A stretch of DNA of 63,986 bases, filler included, from Reticulomyxa filosa (GCA_000512085.1; 20 parts of 20 records of this genome joined end to end with filler, not necessarily neighbours in it), one strand, 5' to 3'; shown: positions 39,170 through 55,499, numbered from the whole stretch's first letter. The notes: a model not told the origin generated them from the letters alone. Made by a program: numbers and translations.

Positions 39170-40570
39170 ATGGAAGACGTGAGAAACAGTACTATTGAAA
39201 GTGAAGATGACGAATCAGAAAATGAGGGATCGTACTTGACGAAAAGGTCAAGCAAGAGATTCAGGGGAAATGGATGGAAGAAAGTGTTTACATTGATGTT
39301 ATCCTTAATCACAGTGTTGGGAATCTATATATTGCCTAATGATAATCCATTCCACGAGAAGAAATCGATTTGGGACTCTGTGCATGAACTTGTGTGTACT
39401 CGGCAAAATTGGCCGTGCACATTGATGTACGGAGTGATAGAATCTGTGGTTATTTTGGTTGTGATGGCTTTTTTTTATTTTATAGTTTTTTTCAAACTGT
39501 ATTGGAGACTTCGGTACCACAACAACCGAATTTCAAGACAACTAAGATCACTTGATCCATATATGATTGCTTTTCCTTGGTTATGTGCAACAAAGTTTTT
39601 TTTTTTCATTTACGTATATACATATACGTATATTCATATGTATACTATGCTACTATTTAAAAGGCTAGTTTCCCCGATATTGAAATGGCATACAATAACC
39701 TCACTGCTAATCTTAAGCATCAATAATGTAACGTATGCGCTGTATGGCACCTTAGATGCGACTATGGTGGAGCAGTTATATCAAAGGAAGAGGATGAAAA
39801 TATTGTCAAAGGATGGAGTCTTTAGTGAACAGATGCAGTTAAACTTGGTCAGCGATTGGATGCGTTGTTTGTGCTTTACAGTGACGTGGGGAGTGATTGA
39901 CTATGCACTTTGGAGTGATCAACACAACTTTGGATTGGGATTTTTGTTTGAAAAAGGTCCCCATTGCACTATTGCTTCCTTGCACGAAGAATATGTACAA
40001 TGTTTGAGGCACTCTATTGGCCCACATGTTGCACATATCGGTGATCTTTCCGACCTTATTTTGTCTTTTGTTCCTCCTGTACCCGATCAGCTTATTCAAT
40101 TGAGAAATCATTTGTATTTGGGTCTGGATTATTCATATTTCGATCGTTTCGACTTTTTTAAAAAAATTATTACATGAAAGGAAAAAATATCAGACAAATG
40201 ATTTTTTAAAAAATTTTTATTCTTAACAGAGGCCTTTCTAATTGTCACCATTATCACCACTCTGTGCTCTGGGATACGAGTCAGTCAAACTCCTGCGGTG
40301 GGGTTGGTAATGGAGCCATTGTTGATCTTCATTGGCTTCTTGCTCTATGCAGTGTTCATTTTGGTTGTCACTCGGGGACAATTCAAAGCATTTGAATTTG
40401 ATTCTGATAGTACCGGTACTTTCTTTTTTGGAATTGGATGCGCTGGTATTGCGACCTTTTGGGCGTATTTGGTGTGGGAGAATATGAAACATAGAGTCTT
40501 TATTCTCCAAAACTTTCAGAAAAATTCAGAGTCATTTCAGAGGGTTTTAGCTCTATATAAGCATAAATGA
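39170..40570 (+). CDS. Hypothetical multi-pass membrane protein (spliced)
   Basis: Long ORFs 39170..40177 and 40298..40570 with several hydrophobic segments and intron-like tracts near 39580-39663 and 40145-40229. Confidence 0.6.
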
Positions 40571-41014
40571 TGCACATTATTGTTTACTGTCCTTTTTTTT
40601 TCATTTCGTCCTTTCACTATTGTTCTTCAATTTTTATTTGATGATTGACTGTTCAGATCTCTACACCTTTTCATCTTTCGCTTTCGTTAAAATGCCAGAA
40701 ATGGAGATATCTTGTGCAAAAACACTTTTGAAACATTAAACTCCAACAGAACATATAAAAGTAAAGAAAAAAGTCGACTACTTTTACTTTTTTCGGTATC
40801 GTGAAGTGTTGTTGGAGTGAAATTATATTTACTCCATCTTCGTGATAGACATATCCTTAAACTCGGTGCAACCTTCAAAAAAGATTTTTAACGTTAAAAA
40901 AGCGTCTACTTATCTATGAGGTTATAAAGTGGACGCCCTGTCGAGTGAGCGTTGTTTTACTCGTTTTCAATTTCATCCAAAGAGAGTTATTATTTGTAAG
41001 CATTTTCTAAAAGA

Positions 41015-41270
41015 ATGGCCCTGGACAAGGACAATGAAAAACACCGCCAATGGTCAAACGACTTGGACGACAAATATCGAGGACAATTATGGTACGACAG
41101 GATTGCTCGGCCTTTGGCACATGGTGCTTATCACGCTGTACGCTATACAAATTCAAGAAACAAAGCGGAATGGGCTAGAGCAAAAGACCAATTTGGTGTG
41201 ATTTTTGGCAGAGAGGATAGCTATTTGAAAGAATACAGAGAAAAACAAAAAAAAAAAATGAAGACAAGCC
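41015..41270 (+). CDS. Small hypothetical protein
   Basis: MALDKDNEKHRQWSNDLDDKYRGQLWYDRIARPLAHGAYHAVRY... has a coding-like composition. 3' end is uncertain at a poly-A run. Confidence 0.5.
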
Positions 41271-42665
41271 TATCATGTCCAATTTTCTCAAATGTGTTTT
41301 CCTCAATTCAAACAACACCACAAGGTTATTTTGAAATTTTCTTTCACTATTTCTCGGTTAGCAGTGTGCAAGAAATTTAAGTCACTTTAACATCGATTAA
41401 TCTCAGAAAAAATTGTTCCAATATAAAAGCAACAAGTCTTTATTACACAAATTTTTTTCTTAAAAATTGTTTGAAGATGACGTGTTCTTTTCAGTCATTA
41501 ATTGCATTTTGCGAGAAAAAACTAGATTGAACGCAGGCCAAAATATTAGACATCGTCTTCCGATAAATGAAAACAATGATGAAATTTATTATCAAGAATA
41601 ACACAATATTTCAAAAAATATTATCGACTTTATTCATTCAAATTTTTTTTAAATTGAGTCTTTTTCTTCTTTTCAATCTTTTTCATCCTTTTGATCTTTT
41701 CATCCTTTTGATCTTTTCTTCTTTTTCATCTTGTTCTCGCCCAGATTTTTTCATTTGCACTGTTGATCGAACGTCTTTCATTTCCACATCATTTGCTCCA
41801 GTTTTTGCCATTTGATTGCTTTCCAAGTACGAATCAATCTTGTCTTTGTCCAAAAACTTGATAACTAATTTCCACACAATGGAATATCTTTGTTTGACGC
41901 TCGCCGGCTTTAATTCCACGCATTCCTATTAAAACAAAACATAATTTAGTTTATTTTGTCATTTAAAAAAAAGAATGAAACTTTTTAAAAATTGTTCATT
42001 GCACTACAGTTACTTTCATCTTTTTACTTCAGGTGACACTTAAACAAGTAAAAATTAAAAAAGCGAGTAGTAAGACATTTCCACATAAGAAATATAAATA
42101 TAAAAAAATAAGATTCTTAACTTTAGTCACCCGGACAAGACACTCTTTGTTAGCTTTGATCCATGCATCTGCCGCTTCAACTGTCGTATTTCCGCCCGTT
42201 CGGCCAACGCTTTGGCATGACCTTTGGTCGAAACTAATTCTTGAATCATCATTTGACGATTTAAAATCTTTGTGCGTTTGCTTTCTTTCACCCCCAACAC
42301 AAGACGAAGCGTTTCTCCGGCCATTTGAGGACTGCCACAATGATCAAGTTTTTCGCTGCTTCAATTTTATCAACTCGATCTTTTCCAAGTTTTCATCCTT
42401 CTTTGCAGTGGCGAAGAGACTTTAAAAAAGGACGCTTTCACTTTGGACTACGTTTAAAAAAAAAAACTATTGTCAACAAAAAAAAAACTAAAAAAATTTA
42501 TTATCATTTTATTTAGAAAGTGTTAGAAAAAGAAATATTTTTGTGTAATTTTTTTTTAATAGTGCTTGTTTAAAACTATGCTTAGTTTCGACTGTTGATT
42601 AATAGTAATTTTTTTAAAAAAATCAGTTTTGAGAAACAGCATAATTTGATATCTTTTTTTGGAAT

Positions 42666-43335
42666 ATGTGTATACAACCGAATAAAAAAGCTCAAAGATT
42701 ATCTATCGAAAATGAAAGTATAAATCCATTAGTTACAAATGAAATCAAGATTTCACTTGATAATACGGAATTTTTTGAAGAAATAGATCAAACAAAGTAT
42801 ATTAATATTTTACAAATTAAAGATTGGAATGATGGTATTTTTTTTTTTTTTCCATTATTTTTGCTTAGTTAATAATATTTTGCGCTTGTGATGAAAATAG
42901 TGCAATATTTCTATTTTGATATCAAAGTAGTCGGTCATACATTTGCACTACAGCATGAAATAGAAGAAGATTGTAAAAGTGATTCAATGAATGATAAAAA
43001 AAAAAAGAGCAAATTTAAGCTCATTCGAGAGCCTAGCAACAGTAAAGACAAAAATGCATGTAAATTAAGATTATGTAATCAAGAATATTGTAGAGATATT
43101 GGATATTTGTCCAAAGGAGTGGTGGAGTATTTATCGACACATTATTTTAAGTACGCAATTATTTTTAATACCTGGCATTTATGAAACAAAAGAAACCCAA
43201 CTTACGCTTGGTAGCATCAATCAGGTTCGAATATGCACTCAGATCACCACAGATTTTGTCAGACATGATGCAACAACATTGTTGCGATTGTGCTTTCAAT
43301 CACTTATTGACATTGCAGGCAATGATACGTACTAA
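42666..43335 (+). CDS. Small HIRAN-domain protein (intron near 42834-42900, homopolymer frameshift near 43165)
   Basis: IKVVGHTF...FKLIREPSNSKDKNACKL...DIGYLSKGVVEYLS fits the HIRAN pattern L.REP.N..D.NA...IGY+. Confidence 0.68.
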
Positions 43336-43523
43336 CACTATTACTTCTCTAAGCAACACAGGTATGCTTAAAAAAAAAATTGTGTAAAACGAATAATCTG
43401 CCTACGTATACATGGAATGGGGANNNNNNNNNNNNNNNNNNNNNNNNNNNNNNNNNNNNNNNNNNNNTTAATTAATTAANNNNNNNNNNNNNNNNNNNNN
43501 NNNNNNNNNNNNNNNNNNNNNNN

Positions 43524-45037
<1,514 letters not shown>

Positions 45038-45634
45038 TATCGGTAAGGTAAATGTGAATGCAGTCTAGTTGCCGAGGGTTTTGCTTTTTTTTTTTAAAGG
45101 CCAATTTCTCGTGGAAAATGTCTGCAAACTTGACAGGCCCAGCAAACAAGGCCAATTTTTTAGACAATAACTATTTTTTTTTTTTTTGTAGTTATAAAGT
45201 ATTATATCTTGCAATTTCCCACAAGTTTGCTTTGCGGAAATATTTCTCCATTTTTTCCTGTATCTTTTACTAATATTTGCGATCATTCAAAAAGGTCATT
45301 ACGTTTTGCATACTTGAGAAATTATATTGTTTTTGCATCACTCGCTCCAAAAGATTGGACAGAGAAATGATATACCTGTTGAACTTTTTGCAAAGGGAGA
45401 GGAGTGAGAAAAAAAAAAGCATGCATATGCTTTTTTTATTTTTTTTTATGAACTCCAAAAATTTTAACCCTTGCACATTTTTTTTTTTCGAATATGAACA
45501 AGAGAGAGGCTTTTTCAAATTCAAATTCAAAGTTCAAAGTTGAAAAAAAAGAGCAAAAACAAGCAAACAACAACACAACAACAGAAAAGTGCTGACGAAA
45601 CGAACTGCGGAAAAAAAAATAAGAAAAAAAGACT

Positions 45635-45674
<40 letters not shown>

Positions 45675-45774
45675 NNNNNNNNNNNNNNNNNNNNNNNNNN
45701 NNNNNNNNNNNNNNNNNNTTAATTAATTAANNNNNNNNNNNNNNNNNNNNNNNNNNNNNNNNNNNNNNNNNNNN

Positions 45775-46610
45775 CCCCTTTTGCATTACTCAAATTGAAA
45801 CAGATTGGGGATTGAGACCTCATAAAAATCGAGAGGCCCGTGCACGACATAAGATACGACAGTTATTGGAGATAGTGTCGAAAATGCACGCGCGCAATGT
45901 TGTCCACAGAGACATTAAACCAGAAAACATTGTACTTGCACGAAGCAAAAACAAGGACTGTTCGGAAATTCGCTTGATCGATTTTGGTGAGGCCACAATT
46001 GCATACGATGACATCACTTATGACACAGTTGTTGGGACATTGTCTTATTTGGCACCGGAGAGATTTTATCATCACAAAGGGTGGGAGTTGAAAGGTTCAC
46101 TTTCATTACACACTCAAAAACATTTAAAAAAAGGACCATCAAAAAAAAAAAATGAGTTCAAAAAAAATTTTTTTATGCGTACAAAAAATGTATGACAATT
46201 TTTTCAATTATTAAATAGCTTCAGATCTTTGGGCTATTGGAGTAGTGGCATTTGAATTGTTGACTCGGAAGAAATGCTTTGTCGGAGGAGATAATGAGGA
46301 GAAAACGAAACGACTGATCTTACGAAACTACTGGCATTTCCCGTCCGAAGCGGATTATGCCAAAAAGAGCATGGCTGAAGAATGTCAAGTGTCACCTTTG
46401 GCAAAGCATTTTGTACGATCTCTGCTGACAAAAGATCCTCGATGTAGACCGTCGGCAAAGATGGTTTTGACCCATCCTTGGTTCCTCCATCCCAATGCTT
46501 CTGAGAAAGATATCGACAAACTGCTTATCGAATGGAACACGAATCTGCTTGAATCATCCACTTGGACTGTCTACGAACCTGCCCCAACTGTTGAAGTAAA
46601 TATTTGGTAG
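45775..46610 (+). CDS. CAMK-group Ser/Thr protein kinase, C-lobe (5' partial, intron about 46095-46218)
   Basis: VVHRDIKPEN, LIDFG, VGTLSYLAPE, SDLWAIGVVAFELL, LLTKDPRCRPSAKMVLTHPWF. Confidence 0.88.
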
Positions 46611-47185
46611 CTTCTGCTTATCATGTTGATAGTTTGCGTTTCTGTTTTTTTGGAATTGTTTTTTTATTTGTTTTTATGCTTGTTCTTTTATGTGTAAGAG
46701 GGTACATTTACTCGACATTTTTTGGAATTTTTTTCTAATTTCCATATGCCTTTTATTTGTTAGCTTAAATTTATGAATGTAAATATATTATACATTCTTT
46801 TTTTTCTAACTGTGTAGTAAAGTTTATGGACAAAACAAACAAAGAGCTTGGATTGTTATAAATGGATATTTTACGGTGGTTTGTATTACGGTGTTGACTT
46901 TCTTTGTATGAGCGTGTGTAATTTCAGTGATTTTTACGATATTGTTCATTGTCGGTTTTTTCAAATTGTGGACCAGCTTTGCTTCAAATGGTTTGTGTTA
47001 CACAGTTTTGTCCAGAAGGTTCAATTAAGCATGTCATTTTTTCGCCATTTCTTTTCTCAAATTGTTATTTGTGAAAAGGGGGAAACAAAAAAATTTCTAT
47101 TGTCCCCGATTGTTGCATCTTTTTTATTTTTATTATCATTATTATTGACAAATTAATCCTTTCTGCTAGACCAATCTCAAAAAGC

Positions 47186-49241
47186 ATGGAAGAGCCACAA
47201 AGTAGCAAGCGTATGAGGGTGACAAAGTCACCAAAGACTTGGCAAAAGGCCAGGCATTTGCATCCTCATCAAAGGTTTCGAATGTACAATCCTTTGCACA
47301 TGGATTTTTATCAAAAGCCAACATTTGCAAAAACGTCAGGTTTTTCATTTGAGAATACATCAGTAGCAGATCAGCACAAATTGTTGCGAATGGAAGTGAA
47401 GAAGATAGCTCATGACAAAAGGGCTTTGCGAACGATGATTGAAGAGACCACAAGCACACAAGTGGGTGGCATTGTGCCAACTGGCTCAGAGAAAACCTTT
47501 GAATTATCACAGAGCGACATAAAAAGTCATGTCAACCTGAACACAGCAAAAAAGCACTTTGATCTGAAATTAGAAGGACACGCCCCTTATCGATTGAGTT
47601 ATACTCGAAACGGGAGCTATTTATGTTTGGGAGGAAGTAAAGGGCATTTGGCGATATTGCGGTGGAAAGATTTCCGTTTGATCAGTGAAGAGTATTTCGG
47701 GAGCATTGACAACACCACATTCAAAACAGGGGACTATATTTTCGATGTGCAATTTTGTATGAACGAATCGATGCTCGCTTGCGCTCAACGAGAGGCTGTA
47801 TACATATATAATGCCAAATGTGTCGAGACCCATGTCTTACGACGTTCCATGAGTTTCCCATTGAAGCTGCAGTTCTTGCCATATCACTTCCTGTTGACAA
47901 GCATTGTTACGCAGTCAACCATTTTATTTTTTTTTTTCTTCCCTGATGATTGCAAGGAGGCACCCGAACTTGAGTTTTTTTTTTATATGAAAAAAAAAAA
48001 GGGACTACATGGCAGGCTTGTCTATCTTGACATTTCGACTGGTCGGGTAGCTTCGACACGTAACACGAATCTCGGCGAGTGTGACATGATGTGCGCCAAC
48101 CAATCAAATGCGGTAATTCATTTGGGACACAATAATGGAATTGTCACGCTGTGGACACCCACCAACGAAAAACCCGTGGTATCGATGCTTTGCCACAAAT
48201 CACGCATCCGTGGTTTAGCTGTTGATTACAAGGGTAATACAATGGCGACATCCGATTCTGTAGGCAACTTGAAAGTGTGGGATCTCAGAACTTATCGGGA
48301 ACTGATTTCTTATAAGTCTGGTGGGATGGTCACCTCATGCACTTTTAGTCAAAAAGGATTACTTGCTTTTTCTACTGGTATATTTTACATATATATTATG
48401 TATATATTCTTTGGGACAATTACTTGCTTTTTTTTTTTCTTTCTTTTAATATGTACGCATCCATATACATATACATCTTTTTTTATTTTTTGTGTTCTAT
48501 AGGACGAAGGGCATTGATTTGGAACTTGAATAATGGTTATTTACCATGTGACGAGGCAGGACGTAGTGAACTAAATTGGAAGCAACAACGTATGTATTTG
48601 CAACATACACTGCCTCGCCAATTGATATATGATTTGAAGTTTTGTCCATATGAGGATATTCTTGGCATTGGACACACTGGTGGATTCACCAGCATTATCG
48701 TTCCCGGAAGTGGAGAACCTAATTTCGATATCTTTGAAGCAGACCCTTTTGAAACGCGAAAACAATCCAAAGATCGCATAGTATATCAACTGTTGGACAA
48801 ATTAAGTCCTGATATGATTCAATTGGATAAACACTTTGTTGGAAGCTTACCTAACAAAAACACTCATATTCAATGGTCGGATCGAAAACCTGCCGATGAA
48901 GACGACAAAAAGTTTGCACGTAAAAACATTACCAAATCAGTGAAAAAAGGCTATAAAGGTGTTATTAAACGACGATATCACAAATTTCAACACATGAAAG
49001 ATTTGCAACACCGCCAAGATAAACTGAAAATGACTATTAAAAATTCAACAAAATTGTTGCTCAAAAGAGAGTATCGGCTGCCAAAGGTACCAAAGATAGA
49101 CTGAAACGCAAATTAGTTAAATCTAGGACACCCAAAAAAATCCCATCCGCTTTGAGTCGGTTTTCACTGAAAAAGACACAAAGCACTTCAAAAGAACTGA
49201 AAAAATCCAGATTTGCCACCAAACGGAAGGTGTACTACTAA
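47186..49241 (+). CDS. WDR46: WDR46/Utp7 (BING4) U3 snoRNP / SSU processome WD40 protein
   Basis: AKKHFDLKL..APYRLSYTRNG, LQFLPYHFLL, IHLGHNNGIVTLWTP and BING4CT FCPYEDILGIGH...IIVPGSGEPNFD. Introns at about 47906-48001 and 48378-48502. One extra A near 49040 extends the frame to ...SALSRF...YY* at 49241. Confidence 0.92.
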
Positions 49242-49750
49242 GAAGGGGGTTTTTTTGTTATTATATTTTCTTATTGGTTCCACTGCAATATCACAGCTTT
49301 TATGCGCATTGTAATGAATTGTTTCTCATTATTATTATTGATTTTATTGAAGGGAAAAAATGAAAGTTTGCAATTCATCTTTCTTTATTAGACGCAAACT
49401 CTCTAATTGCCATCGCAATCGTACTCTTACTAACTTTTTCTGACGTTTGCTCATTGAAAATAAATTATTTTGAGTTTTTTGTTAAGCTATAAAATTTATT
49501 TTCAAATTTCATTGATTTCATACAAGATCCTTATATTAAAAAGTGACTTACCTTTTGTCTTTCATNNNNNNNNNNNNNNNNNNNNNNNNNNNNNNNNNNN
49601 NNNNNNNNNTTAATTAATTAANNNNNNNNNNNNNNNNNNNNNNNNNNNNNNNNNNNNNNNNNNNNATATATATGTATATATATGTATATATATATATATG
49701 TATATATATATGTTATATATATATATGTATATATATATGTATATATATAG

Positions 49751-50630
49751 TGCGAAAGCAATCAAAGTAAGCCCAGAAAGTCTCGACGATTGGTGCAAAA
49801 AGGCACTGCGACTATACGACCCCTCCGACGACTACGACAACTTAATGAAAAACCCAGAGCTGATCCCGACTCTCGGAGACGATCACATCGGCGGGGGGTC
49901 CGTTGTCGCGTACAGCGCAAAGGACGACTCGTCGAGCGCCTCCACGCTGCCGAACGAGCTGTTCTTCGGAATGGACCCGTTCGACCTCAGAGCAGAGCGC
50001 TATGAAGCCGAACTCGCACAAGAGCTGGGTGCAATCACAGGTACCGAAAACGAAGACTGGGTCGCTCTTAACAAAGCTCTTAACACTACTTTGGAAAAGC
50101 CAAGTAAATTTGAAGATATTACTCGTGTTTACGCCCACCAATTTGGCCATTACAAACACATCAACGAACTATTTTTGGAAAACATCCTTCAATCCAGCAA
50201 CGATTTTCTGGCGTTGGAGTACTTGCAACATTTGAGCAAACCTGCGAAAAAGAAAGACAAAGACAAAGAGCACGACGACGGCACTGTGCCAGAAAAACTT
50301 TCCATTTGGGAAAACTTGAAAAACAAAGCCGTGCCCGAGTTTCGGGACAAAAACCCTGCCAATCAACTCGTCAAAGAGCCCACCGAACGAGGCGTTGTTC
50401 TTGACGTTGTCCAAGTTTGGATGTTTGTGTTTGTATGTACGTGCATGCAAAAACATGCACACACACACACATATAAATAGAGACCAGGAGACAATGATCT
50501 AATATCGCCATTGCTGTCAAAACGTTCACCGACGATCAACCGCTCGAACTGTTCGAACGACAACATTTAACTTCCGCAATAGCCACCGATTGGCATGACA
50601 CGTATTTAATGAGGCAAAGAGTGGAAAATG
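49751..50630 (+). CDS. Hypothetical protein, internal exons only
   Basis: About 220-aa GC-richer exon flanked by (TA)n introns with AG/GT boundaries. No domain recognised. Confidence 0.6.
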
Positions 50631-50681
50631 GTTTGTTATGTATATATACATATACACATATATACATATACACATATATAC

Positions 50682-50723
<42 letters not shown>

Positions 50724-50826
50724 TATNNNNNNNNNNNNNNNNNNNNNNNNNNNNNNNNNNNNNNNNNNNNTTAATTAATTAANNNNNNNNNNNNNNNNNN
50801 NNNNNNNNNNNNNNNNNNNNNNNNNN

Positions 50827-53800
50827 TGGTTGTGGCTGTGGTTGTGGCTGTGGTTGTGGTTGTAATTGTCGTAATGGTTGTGATGGTTGTGGTTGTTGTG
50901 ATTGTGGCTGTGCCGTTGTTGCTCTTGGTAATTCGTTATTTTGCTTGCTAATGCACTCGGGCAGAGCTGATAATGTATGACAAGCAGCGGCAGAAGGTAG
51001 TGATGCCTCCACTTGACTGTGTGCCGCATCTGAACCAGTAGAAGACTCTCTAACACCAGTGCCATTTGTACTTTGAGCAGTGTTTACGTTGGACGATGAT
51101 ATCCTTTGCGTGCTCTTCGTTACGACGGTCGCAGCTTGCTTTAAGGGCATTCGAGAGCAAGACAACACGGTACCCACTTCTGCGCCTCTACAGCACTCGG
51201 ACATGGGACACTTTGGCGAGGCCGACGAGCTGTTTTGAGTGTGTTGTTTAGAAAGACGAGGAGGCGAGACAGGAGTGATCGCACCACGCTCAAAGTTATG
51301 TCTGTGTGACAAAGCTTCCGATTCGGAGACGCTCTGTCCAATCTATTTTATTTATTTGTTTGTTTCTTTTTGTATGTTGATTGATATTTACACACATTGC
51401 AATCCTTGTTTTTGTAATCCTTGTTTTTGCAATCCTTATTTTTGCAATGTTATTGTGAATCACTTACCAGTCCATTCCAAGAAGTGCAGGAACTTTTGGC
51501 ACGTGGAGCCCGCTCTTGTGGAACAGGAGACATACTGGGCTGCACGATATCCTTTTCCGAAGCCGCAGTACAGTCACGAGGTCTTGTCGATCGTCTTTCT
51601 TGTTCTTTGTGTTGCTCTTGCTGGCCACGAGGCGTTGTGTCCAATTCTTGTTTGGTATTTTCTTTGAGCAATTGCCGCTTCTGTTTTTCTTGCTGCTGTT
51701 GCTTTTTTTGTAACTCTTTCAGTTCTACAATGTCTCTTTCGATACTTTTTAATTTATGGTGATACTCTTCTTCGGTTTTATCTCTACTCAATGGAGTAAA
51801 GATATCTACATTACATTTCGCCGATTGCAATTGCAATTTCAATTTCATTATTATGCTCCTCTCGTTGCGCAACTTGTCAAGTTGTCTTTCGATATCCGGT
51901 ATTGCTTGACAACTCTCCGATTTAACGTTACTTTTCTCTTCTTCTTGTTTTTGATCCTTTTCTTTTTCCGCTTTCACTTTTTCGATGATTGCTTGTCCCT
52001 GTTCATTAACGTCATGACGAGCTATTTGGGGAGGTGCTATCTGCAGGTTGCTATCAATTGCGTCTTTTTCCAATTTGGATTCCATCGATTCCACAACAAA
52101 CGTTTTGTTTTGTTTTTCGCTTTCCCCGATTGTGGCATATGTCACAAACAGCGTTTCTAACATGTCTTCTGACGGTTCCGTCAATGGCACGCTCGCACTT
52201 CGCCGTAACAATGGCTGAGATTTGGGCGAGGTGTCCTTGTCCAAGTCAAGCATTACCGTCAGCTCTTTCGTCGGACTTGTTATTGTCTTTGCTTTCGTCC
52301 TCGTTCGGCCCTTTGTCTTTTTCGTTTTGTTTTTGTTGTTGCTGACGGCGTCGCTTGAGTCACGGATTCCATTGTCGTCATCGTCGTCATGTTTGCACTT
52401 TCGTTTGAAGTGTTGCCATTGATCAGAGCTTGGTAGTGCATGGGCATCTTCGAGGCCGAAGACACCAATCCTCCCGGAACCACCATATTCTCTTCCAGAC
52501 TTTCCGCCCCACTGTTGTCATGACTCACCAATGTGGATGATGCAGCATGCGTCTGTGCGAGTGGTTGGCACATCGCGGCAACCGCGCTCGGGTCGGTCAA
52601 TGGCATTGGATTGTGGAGTGCAGGGAGACGAGGATACAGTCCCAACGTGGTCGAGGGTTCATACACATCATAAATCCAGGGATAGTACGATCTCCCGCTT
52701 GCCATCGTCCCCATGTAGGCAGCATGTGTCCCCTCCGGGCCTGGAGATGTTGTTACATATGCATACTGCGGTGGAACAATCGAATTCAAGGACGAGGTCG
52801 GATCTTGTAGCGAGGGCGCACTGGTGTTTGGAACTTGCTTTACACTATGTGGTGTGGAAGGTGCTGTTGCCCTGTATTATCTGTATTTGCATTTACCTTT
52901 GTATTTACAGGGATTTGAATATTTGTGGATACTATCGCAGCTGTCCTCGTCACGAGAGAGTGTGCTGATGGCGACGTGGTCGAAGGATTCATGTGCGATT
53001 GCATTTGAGTTGACGGGTGTTTATTTTCATCATTTGGTACAATGGGGATTGTATTGACATTGATTGAAAATGTGTCGTCATTGTCATCACCGAGTGTTTT
53101 GTCTGTGTTGGTATTGCTTGGATGATGAATGTGCAACGGACTTGATTGGGTCAACGTCGTGACAATCGGCGGAATGCATAATGTTTTTTTGACACCGCCA
53201 ATTGGTAAGGATGACGGCGACACTGCTTGTGCGATTGTCGTTGCGACGTTACTTGCTTGAAATTGTTCCAACACGATTACGCATTTCTCTGTTAGAAAAA
53301 AAAATCATTCTTCACATTTCAAGAGGAGAAAACTTTAAGATGGTATACCGCCTCTCTTAGATCACACACACACACACACACACACACACGAACTTGGTGT
53401 CACAGACGATTCCACGGGACATTGTTGGACATTCACAGACAAATTATTGGTATTATTGGATGCAGGTGAAGTAATGACGGGAATTGGAATGGACGAAGGC
53501 CCATGTTTCGCAGCTGACGCAAGTGATTGGGATCGATCTTGCTCGTACTCGTCTTTATGCTCATGACGATCATGATTGGACTGCTGTTGATGTTTCGTAG
53601 TCTCTTTTTTTTTATGCTGTTTCATTTTGAGGTTCATTTTCATCATTCGTCGAACTGCTTCTCTCATGTGTGGATGCTTTCGTATTTCTTTCATCACTTT
53701 TTCTTCAATCGTAGAAACAATTTCATTTGCTCGTGATGGATCCAGCGTCAAAGCTCGAATCATCTCATCCACCACATTTTTTATACTTTCCGTTACTGGG

Positions 53801-54700
53801 TTGAACGAAAAATTCACTTTTCGGGGCAGCATTTCGTCCTTTGGGTTTACTTTTAAGCGAATTTCCATTGTATCTCGTTTTTCATCGATTGCTGTGGCTA
53901 TTACATCATATACATATGGTAGATTATTCGGTCCCGTGCTTCTTCTATGTTTTTGTTTTTGGTTTTTTTTTTTTTTTTTTTAGTTTCGTTTTACACTTTT
54001 TTTTTATCTCTCGCTCTCCCAATCAAAAACGTTCATTTTCGGAATGAAACGAATTAAAAAAGCAAGTGAGATTTTTTTTTTTTTTTGGAAAAGTATTTAA
54101 ATATCATTTTTTTTTTCCCTCTTTCAAATAAATAAAAGAAATGCTAAATATGTGAATAGAATTACCTGCACGAATGACCAGCTCTCGATTTTTTCCTCAC
54201 TTTTCTGCCTTTGGAAAGAGCGAAAACCGGAGCAGAAGAGGAAGAAGAGGAAAAAGAAAGAGATGAGGAAGTGGAAGACAAGGGCGATAAAGAAGGCAGA
54301 GAAGGTGATGACAACGAAGGGACTTGACAAATGTGAGCCTGTGATTGTAATGTATCAACCTTAGCACTGGTCGTATCGTCTTCTGGAATGTGTGACAACT
54401 CTTTTTTATGGTGCACGTGGGTAAGTCGTTGATTGCAACTCGCCGATTGCAATAGACGATGAACCGGCCATAAATCAATCACGCTACTTGCATCTTGAAT
54501 GAATGGGTGTATGAGCAGCTCCGCTGCCGAGGGACGTTTAATCGGATCGAATTCTGTACACAACTCAATAAACGCACGAACACTACGCGAACTAATCGAG
54601 TCTAATATTTGAGGTCGTTGTTTTTGAGTTACTTTTTGAAATATGTGATATGGAAATGAGCATTCCTATTTCATCCAAGTATTGTTATTATTAGTTTTAT

Positions 54701-54756
<56 letters not shown>

Positions 54757-55499
54757 TGTTTCACCCATCCCACTCCTCCTCCATTGTTCTTCTATTCAAT
54801 GAATGTAAAACAAAACAGCGTAAGGGTATTGTCGAGTGATCATTTCCATCACACACATTCCAAATGCATAAACATCTACTTTTTCATCGTACTTTTCACT
54901 ATACAACTCTGGGGCCATAAATTCGGCGGTCCCGACAATGCTAAGTACCTTTCTCGTGCGTTCTGAAATGCCAGAGACAGTGGCACAGTCGTCGTTGGAA
55001 TAGCCTTGCTGTTGCTCTTGCTCTTGTTCACACGTTGACATTGGCTTTGAAAGAGGAGAGAAGCAAGGCAAGCGAGAGGAGTTATGTTTCGAGTATCTTT
55101 TGTTCGAATTGGAAGGAAAGCGAGCGAAAGGGACTGTTGTGCTTAGCCCTAGATCACCGATAGTGATATTGCCAGTAGGACCGTCTACAAAAATGTTGTC
55201 GCATTTAATGTCGCGATGGATGACAGAAAAGGGTTTCAATGTGTGAAGGTAATTCAATGCGGCGAGTATTTGTCGAGACCATTTTTTCACCGATGCCAAA
55301 TTCACTTCACGTTCGCGAATGAATCGTCGCAGACTGCCACTTTGGATTATATCCGTTATGAAACATAGTTGCTCTGTTCGCGGATTCGTCCAAAAATCAC
55401 GGATTTTTAAAATTCGGGGATGGTTCAAGTTTTTCAGCATTTCGATCTCCCGTTCCAATTTCTTACGTTCACTTTCTTTTGCTATGTTTTCTACATCGA

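Noticed and set aside
41600-42450. Coding-like minus-strand fragments
   Set aside because: Frames are broken and no family could be recognised. Possibly a decayed gene.
51401-51447. Three copies of a 15-bp unit AATCCTTGTTTTTG(T/C)
   Set aside because: Short minisatellite, probably intronic in the WNK gene. No spacers.
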